Positions 28,063 through 49,913 are shown, counted from the first letter of the stretch. The stretch: 64,000 bases of DNA from Tubulanus polymorphus (GCF_964204645.1 NC_134035.1:11192451-11256450); one strand, 5' to 3'. Translations and numbers: made by a program. The notes: generated by a model not told the origin, from the sequence alone.

Positions 28063-31000
28063 ATGATTCGCGTCTGCCATCGTAAGATCGTCGAACGCGT
28101 CGTGTGGTTGATTTTCGTGTTCACCATCTTGAATATAGCGTATTCGTATTTACGTTCGGTATCAAGGACGCGGAGATCGACGAACACGGTCGCCGGCCTG
28201 TCAAACGACGCGCTGAAATTCATCGCTCGCGGCGACAGCAGCGAGGGACCTCAACGCACGGATTCGAGTTTAGAACGTGGTAAAAATGATTTCGAACACG
28301 TAATGAAACAACAACGCACGGCTGATTTTATAAAACAAGGGATCGAAACGACTAACAAAAACAGGTTGGAAGCGTGCAAAGGCCCGGATCCTAATGAATT
28401 AGGTAAGTTGTGAAAACAGGGTCCCTACGACTCTTTGATTCCTTTGAAACTTCTTCTATAAGGAAATACTTTTAAAGGTGCTTGAAACTCCTTTAATTTG
28501 GGCAAAATGCCTGAAACACCTTTAAAACTCCTTCAATTTTGAGAAATAGGTAATTAGAAATATTTAAGACTACGCTTAAGTCGGTACAGTTGGGCCCAGC
28601 TCCAGGATATTTTTTGCCTGATTGAGCCTTTACCAAATTAGAAACCGAGTTCAGTAGTTAAAGGATAAGAGAATGCCAATATATTCAACGATTAGATCTG
28701 TTCATTTATGTTCAGGCACGGTAAACGTAGAAACGGATCTATCAAAAATTCCCGACTACGAAACGATGTTCCCGATGGTTAAAAACGGAGGCTGGACGCC
28801 GTCGAATTGCACGCCGACGACGTCGTTCGCGATGCTCGTACCGTATCGTAATAGACCCGACAATCTGAAGAAATTCATCTATCACATGCATAAGTTTTTA
28901 CTCGCGCAGAAAAACGAATATAAGATATTCTTGATAGAACAGGTTAGTGTAGAATAACCACCTGTCAAACGTGGAGAATAGATGGAAAGCTACTACGTTT
29001 AACCCTTTCAGTGCGTCTACACCGCAGTGCAGTGTATAAATCAGTGATAGATTTTGCTAGTACACCGCACTGCGGTGTATTGATGTAATTAGTAATTAGT
29101 TTTTATCTCTCTTGAAAAATAGCAGCACCTGTCAAACATAGTGAAGTACTAGTAACTAATGATACACCCCACCGCGGTGTAGACACACTATAGTGTTATT
29201 CCCGTTATTCAACACACTAGGGTGGAATTTTTCAAAAATTTTCAAATTATCTCCAGCACTATAGGGTTTTAATTAGTCAGCACTGAAAGGGTTAAGATTG
29301 ATAAGAATTAAAACCAAGAATTCATGTAGTCAAAAATCGACTTTTTGAACTTTTACTAGAGATCATTGTCACTTGAGTTCAAAACGTCGTGTCATTTCAA
29401 ATTTTTAATTAGGCTAGGCTAAATGAATTCTTGGTTTTGATACTTCTTCATCTGTACATAGTGGCTTTTAATTATAATCAGAACAGGTTTAAGGTCTACG
29501 TCGGTCGATGGTTCTAAGAAAGTCTAATAGCAAACTTGGTGCATCCCCTTTCTGCTGGTCAAATTCTCAGTTGTAATATAAGTTGATGTGCTGCTGCATG
29601 CACCACAGCACACCTGACAGATACCTGCTACAATTCACAGCACACCTGACAGATCTTAACCTGCCAGACGTGGAATCGTCTATTGCCACAACAGTAGTTG
29701 CTGTCCTACTGCACACTAGCGACACCTAGTGGATTCTAACTTAATTTGTATCTCAGGGTTATATACCGATATCGTTTCAGGCCGATATGGAACTGTTTAA
29801 TCGAGCCAAGTTGTTAAACATTGGATATCTGGAATCGCAGAAGTTCACAAACACGGGTTGTTACATTGTTCATGATCTCGATAAACTACCGGAAAATACG
29901 CGACATATTTATAAATGCGCCGGTCCCACGCTTGCGCAGCATATGATGGGCAAACGCAGAGAGCAACAGAACAAAAAATACTCAAACGGGTAAATATGAC
30001 ACCGTAACCAGACAAATTACATATGATTCATTGTTGAGAAGCTGAATACTGTACAATAAATGGTTTCCTTACGCATCAATGCTGGTCAACTGGAAAAACC
30101 AGTCTGTTAAGTCGGGGATTAAGTCACATTCTACTGTATTGTAATTTCCATCTTGGAAACTGTTTCTGTCAAAATCTGACTACAAAAGGTTGGAAATATT
30201 GGTCCGGGGTAATAAAGTTCTAGAAGAAATCAGGGAAATCTCAAGGAATTTGACAAATTTTAACAAAAACCTCGAAAGCTCAGGGAATTCGGAAATTAGT
30301 GTATTGACCACTCATTTCTTTATCAATGAAAAATGAAACAATAGTAACATTTTAAACAACAAAATTTCTCTGATTTACTCAAAGGGAGAATTTGTGTAAT
30401 CACATGCAAAAATCAGGGAAAACTCATGGGATTTGTAAATGGGCGGAAAGTGACGTGTATAAGAATTTATTGATATTGTCTATTTCAGGATATTATATTC
30501 GTTCTATGTCGGAGGCGTCCTGTCGATACCTCGTCAAGTGTTCCGTAAAGTCAATGGATTTTCAAACCGATACTGGGGTTGGGGTAGAGAGGATGATGAC
30601 TTCTCAGCAAGGTATATTATTACGCTTTCAAATAGCTGATAGCAGGGTCCCTTGATTCCTTAAAAACTCCTATACAGAAAATGCCTTTAAGCTGCTCGAA
30701 ATTCCTTTAATTTGAGCAAAATGCCTGAAAATCCTTCAATTTTCATTTTGAGAAGTAGGCAATTAGAGGTGTTTTTAGTTGTAAAGTAAACTATGCCTCA
30801 ATCAGTACAGTTGGATTTTAACCACAGAATTAACGGTTTACCGAGGTAAGCAGTACCCATTAAGGAGTCTATAGTAATTATCATGGTATGAAAGTGATAC
30901 AGACGCTTCCACAAAATTTGAAATTTTCTACTTTAGAATTCTTCACCTTGAAATTCTTTATTGTAGCCAGGAATGACTGTTCTGTAGGGACCCTGTATAG

Positions 31001-31471
31001 GCCAACCTCTGGAAATACAGTTGTTGAACCGCAATGCCCCCGGGGTCTACCCTGCAATGAATCGAGTGGAGATGAAATTATTGCGTTATTTGCGTTATTT
31101 TTGTTGTAGAATTCGCGCCAAGAATTTAAAAGTATCGTTTCTAAACGGTCAGAGAATCGCATCGTATCTCATTTTATCACACATCGATGATCGGACGGAG
31201 AATAAAATGAAGTGAGTCGTCGTATGATCTTCTATGCGGGTTCGCGAAATTGAATTCTAGCCTTTTGATCGATGTAAAAACCGACTTGGTTTTAATTCAC
31301 TCCGATTTTGGTTCCTTTCGATTTTGTAGATGGCCTTTTATAAATGAGGTGAAGAAAGTAATGGATAAAGATGGTTTGAATGATGCGAAATACAAAGTGA
31401 TCTCGATTAAAGACGAACGACTTTTCATTCGTATATCGGTTGATCTGATGAAAAATGCTTCAGCTGTGTGA
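28063..31471 (+). CDS. GT7-family beta-1,4-galactosyltransferase / GalNAc-transferase-like type II membrane protein
   Basis: Exons 28063-28402, 28716-28942, 29781-29989, 30489-30611, 31110-31211, 31330-31471. N-terminal TM segment (VVWLIFVFTILNIAYSYL) and GT7 motifs VPYRNR, FNRAKLLNIG, HDLD (DxD), YVGGV, VNGFSNRYWGWGREDDD, DGLN. Confidence 0.93.
29003..29291 (+). mobile_element. piggyBac-like MITE, copy 1
   Basis: TTAA on both flanks; TIRs ccctttcagtgc / gcactgaaaggg; near-identical to 59129-59403. Confidence 0.9.
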
Positions 31472-34400
31472 ACTGTTTCTCCTCATTTTGCCCTCTTTCG
31501 CAGTGCCTTAGATTCTTTCACTGTTATATCATTGAGGTTGAGACAAACCAGGGTAGAAGACTCCACCTTATTCAGCGAGGTTTGATTTGAAACGTTTACT
31601 AGAGGGAAAGATTCGGGCATGGAAGCTACCTCGGTCATTGACATTGGGATGTATCAATTACAGTCGACCAAATACAGAGTATAAAAGTTATGGGATGACC
31701 TTATTCAGCACGGTTTGAACTGTTTTTAAAGGTTTACCAAAAACAGGGTAAAGGATTTGGGTAGAGTTCACCTGGTTCAGAACGGTTTGGACTTTTCGTT
31801 TTAAAAAGTTTACCAAATTCTGAGTAGAAGATTGATGCTCCACGTTTAATCCTTGAGGGCAAACTGGTTATTGATTGACAGTTGACCAAATTAAAAGTCT
31901 AAAAGATTTCGGTTTACTTAAAGTTGTATTCATTATTCCAATATTATAAAAGTTAGAGCGCATACCCACCGAAAATAATATTGGCAGTAACTTTCTGGTT
32001 ACAAGTCGAATTTTTGTCTCATACTTCAAGAATCTCTTCTAAAATCTAGGCAATCTAGCTTGGCATTTTGTCCGTCCTTTATTATGCAGTTGGTATTATA
32101 TTATAAGTTATTGAATTTTTGGCTACATTTCATCGATTCTAAGAAAATCGTGGTATTGGTATATAGAATATAGAGTCTGGGCTCAGTATTGAGCAACATG
32201 CCTCGAAAATATAGTGTGGGCTCACTTTCGAGTAACATGCCTCAAATGAAATTGATTGAGCGAATTTGCCTCACAAATTACCCTAGATAGATTTCTTAAG
32301 TTTCCCTGTGATGGAAATATTTTAAACGAGAGTTTGCAAATTTCTTACCTTTTACCTTAGGACTTCCACTGTACCGATACTGTAAGTGTAATCAATCCTC
32401 TCCCCCCATAACAAATATATTGAGATGTCTCAGATATTCTGCGGTACGTCTCTGATATCGGGATGTCTCTAAACTTAGTGACACCACCTCTGAGTATTGA
32501 AGCATTTATCATTTCACTTTTGAATCGCTAAGCACTTTTTACTTGAATCTGTGACGAGAGATTACATTTCTGGAACTTCCCCTAAAAAAAACCGGTACTT
32601 ACTATTCAAAATGATACTTCCGTCTTAAACTTCTTTTCATTTGTCAACCCAGTTTATAAGAGTAATGCAAGGTACATACGTATTAAATAGTACGAGAAAG
32701 ATTTCATATACGTAAAAGTTAAAAATGTTCTTTTTAAATGTGATCCAAATGCTTAAACGTGTATGAACTATTCATTCTCCAACAACCCACCTAGAATATA
32801 TTTATTGTTCATTTGATGTGATAAACGATTTGTTGTAATATTCTTTGTCTGTTGTAAACATTTTGAAATACATTATCAAAGTATTAGGTTATGATATTCT
32901 GCTGGTGATAGCGAGTCATGTGACTAGACCAATCTTTGCCCACTTTGGCCCCGGTATAAACCACCCTAAACCAGGCTAATGATTTGGTCAGCAGATTGCT
33001 CAGCAATGCAGCCTAGTAGCACCCAGCCTTCATGAGGGATTCACTATTTGTTGTGTAAAGTCTGGACAATCACTTTCTGAAAGGTTGGTGATAAAAATGT
33101 TTAGTTCCTTATTTGTCTGGGATGAGTATAGGCTTCACATGTTCAAGATCAAAATTGAAAAAAAAAAAATTTTAAATGTCTTGAGAAGTAGTGTTAAATA
33201 CCTGCATTATTTAGCATCACTGTCAATCATTTTATGATGTTGTTTGATTAATTGCATTATTAATGTACAGTATTAATGTTTTACAGACTATCATTGAGGT
33301 TTAATCAAATTATGCTCTAGATTTTAATGTATCGTTCGTCAATATTTCTGAGATCGACTCCACATTCCACCTATTCGCTAATGCGTTAATTATCGTTTAT
33401 ATATGAATACATTTACGTACATGTATCATGTTCTTCGACGTGTTTTTGAGCAGTAAAGTTTCAGGTTTTTATGTTGTAACTCGTGTCTTATTGTTCTCTT
33501 CATGACGAAATGTTTAAAATCTTTCAAAAGAAATTCACATGACGACGACCCATCGATGCTCGGAATATTCTGCAGATTTGAGTCAAGCCGAGCCTCATGT
33601 GTTACGAAAATGGATCGAAAGAGTTAGTCCAGTAGGCCTTGGGGTACTCAATCCTGTTGTTGGGTTACAGAATCTGTTCTATGACTTGTCTTCCAGTGAT
33701 TTCATTGATCGTCTAGGCAGCATCATGCTCATCTACAGTTCGGTATTTAGTCCTCATCGCTTAGAAACGACGACAGAAGCAAAATCGACTTAACATTGAA
33801 AGGGTTCTTTATATTTTCATCACAAACTCATCATGAACAATATTACAAAAGTACAATTCACCATTCCGAGAAGAAATCATAAATCACTTTCGATAACTGG
33901 GCAGAAATTAATATTAAGATTACATAAGTAACTATTTGATTATTGTTATAAATATCATCATATCATTTATTGCACGTCTCGGCAATCCAAACATGTTTGT
34001 AGAATTAACAATCCATTTCTATGAAATACGTGTACAGTAGACTCTCGGGACAAATAAATTCTTTGGGAGCAATGAGAAATTCTGGGGCAGTCGGAGCAGG
34101 TATCCGTCGATTTCACAATGAATTGGAGTAGGAAAGAAGTAATATTTTGTCCAGGGGCAAGTGATAATCTGAGGACTCCTGAACAGAGTCTACTGTAGTG
34201 CAATTAATAAGTTCATTTGATTCGTTTATATAGGATAATGAATGTACGCACTACTGATTTCAACCATGGAATCTTTTGTTTTCTCTTTTGTTTTAGAATC
34301 CACGGTTCAACTTATTCCTGTTCATGCGTACGAAACGTGACGTTAAATTTCGACACCGAGATGGAACGATGAATACATCGGATCACGGGCGTTTGCCCGA

Positions 34401-35466
34401 GTTGATCCGCGACTCCTGCGCTCAAGCGATAAATAATATCTTAACCCCGCCGAATTAAATAGACAACTCGTTTATCCCTGTCCAAGATTCCGATCGTCGC
34501 GAATATTTACGAAAAATATTGTTTATTCTCTCTATACATGAGTACGGTACCCCCGCAGCACGCGAGGGTCGACGACGACGTACGGTTTAGTTTCGATTGC
34601 TAATTTGCGCAACCGATAAGCTTTTTTTATATATATATATATATATATCTATATACACATACACACATGTTTTTATTATTTATTGTCCGTCGCAGAAAAA
34701 ACCCACGATTTCGAAGAAAAGCGAAGAAAAAATAAACACTACATCATTGAGTTGGGTATTAATTGTTTTGATCTCTGGTTTCACAGTGAATTCTAACCTA
34801 GCTATCTCCCCCCTGAACCAACTGGTCACCAGCTCCTACAGGCATCACATAGTAAGCATGTCGCTACCCCCGTTATATAGTAACAACTGCTGTTGCATGA
34901 TAATAGAGGGGCAGATTTAGAGGGGGGTGGACCGAGTGGACTGGTCCACCCCTTCAAAATTTGAATGAGCCTCTGTCTGCTTCGCTTTGCCAAATCTGCC
35001 AGTTTCAAATAAAGTGCCCATTCCGATTTTTCAGATCCAACCCTTCAGAAAATCTGAAATCTGCCCTCGAAAGTCAAGTTTCGAAAATAGGATTGAGTCG
35101 AAATGCAACCACTCAATTCTACGAGCCATTTTCAAAACTGGCTTGAAAAGTTGATTTTAAAACGGTTCGTCAAATCAAGTCGAAACGTTACTACTCTCTT
35201 TAATTTTTCTTCGCGATTGTGTTTTTTCTTCGATTGAACTACAGACGCTCATTGAGACCCGGCTCATTCGTCGATTTGTAATATATTCAAATAAACGCAA
35301 ACGAACTGAACGGTTCAGTCATTCCCTCGTCGCGATATCGAGCGACGACTCGAGATAGATATTCGACGGTTAACGCGCTCTCTAAATGTATTAATACAGA
35401 TATAACTGCGGATGTTGATATGTCGCGACACGCGCGGTCGTGTAGTCGTCACAATCAGTTATAGTA

Positions 35467-38400
35467 TCATAGTATCCTGCACTGCAATAGAGAAATAATG
35501 AAGTATGAATATCACAGACAACACACGACACTTTTTTCGACACGGTTCTGATTGCTCAAAAATTCCGACCGTCCTCTAAAACTGACACATATATACATCA
35601 ACTAACATCGCTTTCTTTCTTAGCGCCGTCCGCCGTCTCGTTCGTCGATGCCGCCGTCGCTGGCGATCTGCCAGCAGCGGTCTGCTGTTGTTGTTGAGGT
35701 TGTTGAAGCGACATCTGTTGCTGTTGCCTGGCAGCGGCTGCCTGGCGATTCTCCTCTTCTTGTAGCTGAACGGCTAACTCGTGACTGAAAAACCAAACCA
35801 ATGACATGATTATTGACAAAATGTACAAAATAATTTAACACGAGAATCCTATTCAATACAGTTAGAATGCACTCATTCTTGTTGGTATTAGAACCCCCAG
35901 CCTATAAGGCTAAAAAGAATTGATACCTCATTTCTCATTTCGGTTGCGCTTAAAAATTGCCCCAGCCAGCCACCTAAATTTAAGGAGTTTTAAAGGAGTT
36001 TCAGGCATTTCGCTCAAATCAAAGGAGTTTCAAGCACGAGCTGTACGAGCTAATCAGCTATTCATTTAGAATTGCTGAAGTAATTTAGAAGAGAGGATGT
36101 TGTCACTAGTTATTACTCCTTTTGGCGAATTTGAACCCAGCCTCAATTTTCAACATATCAATTCTGAAATACAAATATTACATAGAATGACCTGATTAAG
36201 TATATGCTATTCAGTATACTCTGTGTACTTACTCGGATAAAGTATTTGGCAATTGCTGAATTCCGCCAGCACCACTACCACCACTACCACCACTACTAGC
36301 ACTACTAGCACTACCACCAGTGGCTGCGGTAGCCTGGTATCTGTTAGCTTCATCTTGTAACGACAAAGCCACCAAATAACTACAATACAATATCGATAGG
36401 AACTTAAAAATGATCAATATAATTTTAGAAAATAATACGCTTTATCCCGACGATGAGGCGGCCAATAGCTTCATGTACGCCTACGCTGAGTCATCCAATC
36501 GCACTCATGCAAGTATTAATCAGCAGCATGAAACCACCCTTTCACACATTCACCATTGTCTTGACAATCACTTAGAAACGACTACGGTAATGTCTGGCAT
36601 TTGTAGTAATATTAGTTTGTTCATTTTCAATACGAGGAAATAAGCCTATTGAATTCACGCCAGTCTACAGATTTCGAAAAATATTCCTCTTTAAAAGCAC
36701 ATTTCTCATACATTTTTCATCGTATTCATAGATAGGATATTAATACCGTGGCATACCGGTACTTCTGACTGTTAGGCCAAAAAAATATATATATTCTGTT
36801 TCTGGTCAGGCCCTTCTGTACAAAACGATGCGGTGATGCGTTTTTCTTTTTTTTATGTTCCGACATTTGACTATCGAGTGTGATGGATTAGTCGACAGGA
36901 ACAAGTCCGAACGGATGTATAGTAGCCAGCCCTTTCAAAATGGACATCGATATCAACATGCTTTTGGTTTTCATTCACAATCAGACAAACAGCGATGAAT
37001 AGATGGACTAAACTTCTGTTTGACAACATCGGCGACTAGTCGTGCTAGCGCGCGGTGCGCGAATTTCAGAGCCGATTTTTGTTTCGGTAAAAAAAATTTT
37101 GACGCGAGGGTTCTAGATCGACGCGCGCGCTGACCAGAAACAGAATACATTTTTTGTTTGGCCTTAGTAAGAGGGTCAGGTGTATCCGACCAACAGTGAG
37201 ATTTAAGTGATAGTTAGATGTTGTAGAATTGATGTACGTACTCTTGGTCGATCTGTTGTTGAGGTGATACCAAACTGTCCATAGGAATGACTGGAATATT
37301 ACTAGATTCGGGTTTTTGATAAGTACGGAATTCCGAATTGACAAAAAGACCGTCGCCTTCGACGTTCGACAACGTTTCCCACACGACTTCGCTTTCGTTT
37401 AGAAATCCTTGGTCGGTGACCAGCGTAAATAATTCATTCTGAAACGGATAAAATCAGCATTCAAACTAAAATAAGATAATCAAGATTCAGCTCCACATCG
37501 ACACATGATGCCTAGTCCGAAGGTTGATCCAGAGGCCAATTTTGAAGAACTTTTCACATACTTAAAGGACACTTTAATGGTCGAAAAGGCAATATCAGGT
37601 GTACTCCTGCACTGAGATGTACCAATTATCTTTGTCGACAAACCCAGACCCACCAATTATAGAAATGAAGTGATTAGAAATTTCATTGCAGTTCATAAAA
37701 TGACCCGGCCGATTAGGAGAAAGGAGGTATCAGTTTTTTTGAAAGCCTAACTGTAAACTTACTTTATGTTTGTACAACGTGCTGAAGTGATTATTCCTGA
37801 ACAGCACACACATTTCTCCTTCCTTCACCGTTATCACCAGTTCAGCCAGGCCGTGATACGTAAGTTGAGACGCGGTGCGCTCTAAGTAATTTTCCGCTAT
37901 CAATGCTGCAAAAACAACAGACAAGAATTTAAAAGTCGCACCCTCCTAGATATCCAGCAACCTCTGAGGAAGGTAGAGGGTGCATAGACACTAAATCCAA
38001 CAGGGCAGCCCGGGGCAACTTAAACTTCAGAGCTTGCTCGTAGATGACTCGATCTAATTGCGAAAGAATAATCGCCGAATTACCTTCAGAGACTAAATCT
38101 TCATCGTCCGAGGTTTTTTGGTTGATTATTTTCTCTACTAGTTGATTGTAGCTACAGTTTCCGACCGCGCAGACGACCTCCGGCGATTGAGGGTCGACGA
38201 GCCAGCCGTGATACATCGGTATCGACAGCAGATCGAAGATAATGTGTTCAGACGTGTACTCAAAACTACTGATCCTACGGTAATTAAGAAAGAGAGCAAA
38301 ATCATAATGGGGTCGGTTGATAAACAGTAGACTCCGCTCGAGTCGCATCCAATCAACTGAAACATTTCAAATTGAAATATTTTTTGTGAAACTATTGAAG

Positions 38401-41272
38401 AAATAAATAATATCGAAAATGTATTTTTTTGATAATATCGAACTCGGATATCGCGCAAGTCAGACATATTTTACGGTCACAAAAGTCTGACTTTAGCGGA
38501 GTCTACTGGATCATGTATGTATGATTTGATTTTGAATTAATTTTTCATAGAACTTATTAAATGTAGCCTACACGTATTAAGTAAATGGAAAGGGTTAGGT
38601 TTAGTTAAATTGTACCCACACACTTTCCTAATCTTATTCGTAAGAATTAATTTTCTTGAGTGATACGTATTAACAAATTAGCATTTACAAGAATAATGCC
38701 ATAATGTTGGCAAAAACATTAACTTCCTAGGTCGAAATAGAGCACTATTCCTGTGTTAAATCTTTCGTTAATGACAAAATACCGATCATGAAACTGATCC
38801 GTGGTTGTTATTAAAGCATTCTATGAAACTGACTCTATTAACTACATGTACGCGATGATTGACACATTCTTCACTCGACGCATAATTACCCGTTGAATTT
38901 CACATTGACGTCTAGTCCAGTCTGGAGCTTATGAAATACGGCCATCGCGTCGTGCATGTTCTGTTCGAAGTTTAACTGAGCGTCCTCGGAAATATTCTGA
39001 AATATAGCGAAAAATAGCTTCAATCATCAACTGACTTACACTAGGTTGGCCACGATCTTGTGGCATATTTCACAAGTCATAACCTAGATTAAAGACTTTG
39101 CCCATTTCATCATAGGCGATACCAATATCGGCCATGAGCAGGGTCTTTTTTATCAATTTTTTTTCACACCACTATCACAGCCTGATTATGTAGAAACCAG
39201 AAATGGCTTAGACTGGTCTTATGGGATCAGTCTTGATGGCTAACAAGTTCTTGGAATTGGCGATAGCATTAATATGGGCTTAGGTCAGGATTGTGATGGC
39301 TAGTAAGTGTTTTTTCGATTAACTTTAGAAGCAAAATGCCTGAGGCTGAATGTCTTCATTGATCACAACTCACTTGCATTCACAATTCACTCCTAGAAAT
39401 CCCCAGATTTGCAAATTACTCCCAGAGATCCCCTCAGATTCTATACCCAATCGCAGATCACTCAGATTTGCAACTAACCTCCAGATTTGCTCAGATTCCC
39501 AACTCAGGGTGGCCACTTTTAATAGACTTGCTTTTACCCCGAATTTTCCCGGGTACTGTACGTTATTTGCACTGACTTTAGAGCACTGTACTAAGAATTC
39601 AATCAATTAATGTTACATTCAAATATGTAACGTAGAAGGAAACTGTTTGATTTTATGCGCGATCTTGCAAATTTTCCCCGACTGTTTAGCTTATTTCTTT
39701 ACAAAATTCCCTGACTTTTTTAATGGAAAGAAAATTGCCTGACTTTTTTTTTAAAGGAAAGATAATTCCCCGACTTTTCCCTGATTTCCAGGTAAGTGGC
39801 CACCCTGCAACTAAATTCACAGAAATTCACAGATTCATTCCGATACGTACCTTCGGTATTTGCTCGAACACATAATCGCCGAGGTATTCCATCAACTGTT
39901 CCGATGTGATTATTTCCATCATCGCCGGTAGTTTGATTTTCTCTTTCAACAGCAAAATATTCATAATCGCCAACAGCGGACACGGTCCGTTCTCATTCTG
40001 AGTGATAATCGGCAGCTTCTTCGAGTTGAATGTCATATTTTTAATATGATATATTCCGGGCATCGGGTACGGTTTGAAATTCGACGTTTGTTGTTGTTTT
40101 TCGTCGTTATTCCCGGCGGTGGCAGCGGCGTCTGCTATCGCCGCGACGGAGCCACCGCCTGCCATTGCCGCGACGGAGCCACCGTCTGCCATTGCCGCAT
40201 CGGAGCCATCGTCTGCCATCGCGGCAACAGAGCCATCGTCTGCCATCGCGGCAACAGAGCCATCGTCTGCCGTACATGTCTTGTCGGTCGATAGTTTTTC
40301 GTTTTGAGATGGGTTTTGGGCGTCTGGTTCCGGAATCGGTTTGGCGTCGATGCCATCGCTGACGACGCGTTCCGGAGCGGAGATTGTTTTCGTCGATTCG
40401 ACGATGGTTTCGCGATCGTTTTCGACGGTCATTTCGACGTTAGACGACGACGTCATCGTTGATACGTCGGCTTCGCTCATTGCAGCAGTCGAAAAATCAG
40501 CTGAAATTTAAGACGATGAATTAGGTAATAAATAGTAAAGATTTGAACATGCCTATCAGAGATTAGTCTGAATGGATCGTAATCAGTTTTTTTATGAATT
40601 CTTTCTCAATATTTTTTATACGTTGTTTGACAGTTCTCTGAGTAATCCATGAGAGTTTGGTTAGGCTAACCCATGAGTGGCAGAGAATGGGACCACAGTC
40701 TGACAGACTAAACCGCAGTCCGGTTACAGTCTACTCTAAACCAGTCCAGTTACTGACTAAACCACAGTTTGGTTATTGACAAAACCATAGTCCAGTCATT
40801 TGCTAAACCAGTCCTATTAATTATTGACTCTAATAATCAGTCCTGAAAATGCAGACCAGTGTAGTAATGACTACGCAACAGTCTGGTTACTGACTTAGCC
40901 TATACCACAGCCAGTCCACTTCAGAGATGCAACCGGTGCCCAAGGCCCTGGCTGTGCTAGCAATCGGGGGGGGGGGGGGGGGGGGGGGTAGCGGTAGGTG
41001 CACTTAAAATAAAATGCAGCCCCTTTTTTAATGTTACCATTTCCAGCAGGTACAACATTCATTGAGCCTTCTTCGTTGTCAACCATTTCGTCAACAGCAC
41101 CAACAGAATTGTTTTCAGTTTCAGCGATAATCGATTGATGACCGTCATCGGTTGTGGTTCCAGGTTCGACGAGTTGATGATTTTTGACAGCTGTCAAATC
41201 GGAACTTTCGCACTCGTTATTTTCCATCACTGGAACGTTTAACGTCGGTGCACTTTGCTCGTCCGTCTCCAT
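35467..41272 (-). CDS. MINDY1: K48-specific deubiquitinase MINDY-1/2 (FAM63) homolog
   Basis: Minus-strand exons 41272-41038, 40500-39851, 38996-38890, 38274-38084, 37905-37763, 37438-37242, 36379-36233, 35784-35607, 35481-35467. Catalytic motifs IITQNENGPCPLLAI and FRNNHFST, plus LVTDQGFL, two MIU-like helices (YLVALSLQ, HELAVQLQEEE) and a C-terminal CaaX (DCRIL*). The symbol stands for the MINDY1/2 co-ortholog. Confidence 0.95.
39505..39807. mobile_element. hAT-like MITE (CAGGGTGGCCACT family) with a 5-bp TSD
   Basis: Perfect 13-bp TIRs with CAACT on both flanks. Related copies or fragments at about 2256-2555, 3338-3530, 30225-30455, 44715-44919, 45408-45510 and 48640-48813. Confidence 0.8.
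40966..40988 (+). repeat. G23 homopolymer in MINDY intron 1
   Basis: 23 consecutive G. Confidence 0.9.
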
Positions 41273-42393
41273 CGTTTACTTGCTACGGTCAAAACGCTTC
41301 CCGGATAGGAGTCGACGTCTCTAAATCCAGTTATTTTACATCATATCGAACAGATCTTTCAAACAGATCTTTCACCAGTTCGGGGAAACCCTTCCTACTA
41401 TGAAATTGTGGTTGCAGCTAATTCGCGGATATCGGTTACGGTTTTATTCTTGCCCAACCGAACGGGCCACCGGCGGATAACGATAAAAGTATTGATAAAG
41501 AGACTGAATATTGCTGTGTACTGATAAATAAAGGTTAAAGTTAATTTATCAGCATTTTTCCACCAGGGAAAGATGATGTGCCATTATCGTGGAAATTTTT
41601 CGATTAATTCTTTGCGTTGTTATTATCCCATTTTCTAATGTCTTTATCATCACGTTCTCGTTATTATTTCTTGATTTGTCTCATTCTAAACATTTATTTT
41701 TTATCATAGAAGAACTTTATGGTTTTATGACGAATAAACTTCATGATAAACTCGGAGCAATCTGTGTTTTAAGTCCGTTGCCCATTCCGGTCCGGTTCCT
41801 ATTGCATACCCGGATGCAGGAAGCTGTAGTAGTACTGAACCAGATCAACAGTGATCAACAGTATGTCACTAAATTTCAGCCTCTGCTATACGAAATTGTG
41901 AAAGGACGCGGTCAACTACCGATTAAAGACACCAGGCAGGCCGGTCTCCAGATATCCACTCAACTATTACTGCTGAACTGGCCAAGACAAGAACTACCCC
42001 GGCCTGGAAATTGAGAAAAACGAAACCTATGGTGAATATAGAGATATAGCTGATTACCAGTGTATTATTAATCGGACTGTAGGCCTATGTGGATTAGTCT
42101 GTCATTAATGATAGCAGTGGTTTTTTAGTCAATGGCTGACACTAGTACTCTATTTAAAGCCCTTTGACGTATTGATTGCTAACACCTATTTTTTTATAGA
42201 TATTTTTCTATCTATCTCTGTTTTAATTTAGGGTCTTTAAAAGCTATAACTGGTGTTCAACAGCTTAGCCGTATTCGATTAGCTAGTCGCGCTGAAATGC
42301 GATTTTACTTGATTTGAGATTATTGCCGATACGCAGCCGCACAATTAGACCAGTGATAGATACGTATTTGAACTGTCATCCGTCTCTGTTAAT
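41273..42393. promoter_or_regulatory. Divergent promoter region between MINDY and RUNDC1
   Basis: About 1.1 kb separates the two ATGs; CCGGA-type motifs at about 41300 and 41785-41825. Confidence 0.5.

Positions 42394-49913
<7,520 letters not shown>

Noticed and set aside
41589-42014. 141-aa ORF between MINDY and RUNDC1
   Set aside because: GTG start, no motifs, and it lies in a promoter/UTR region.
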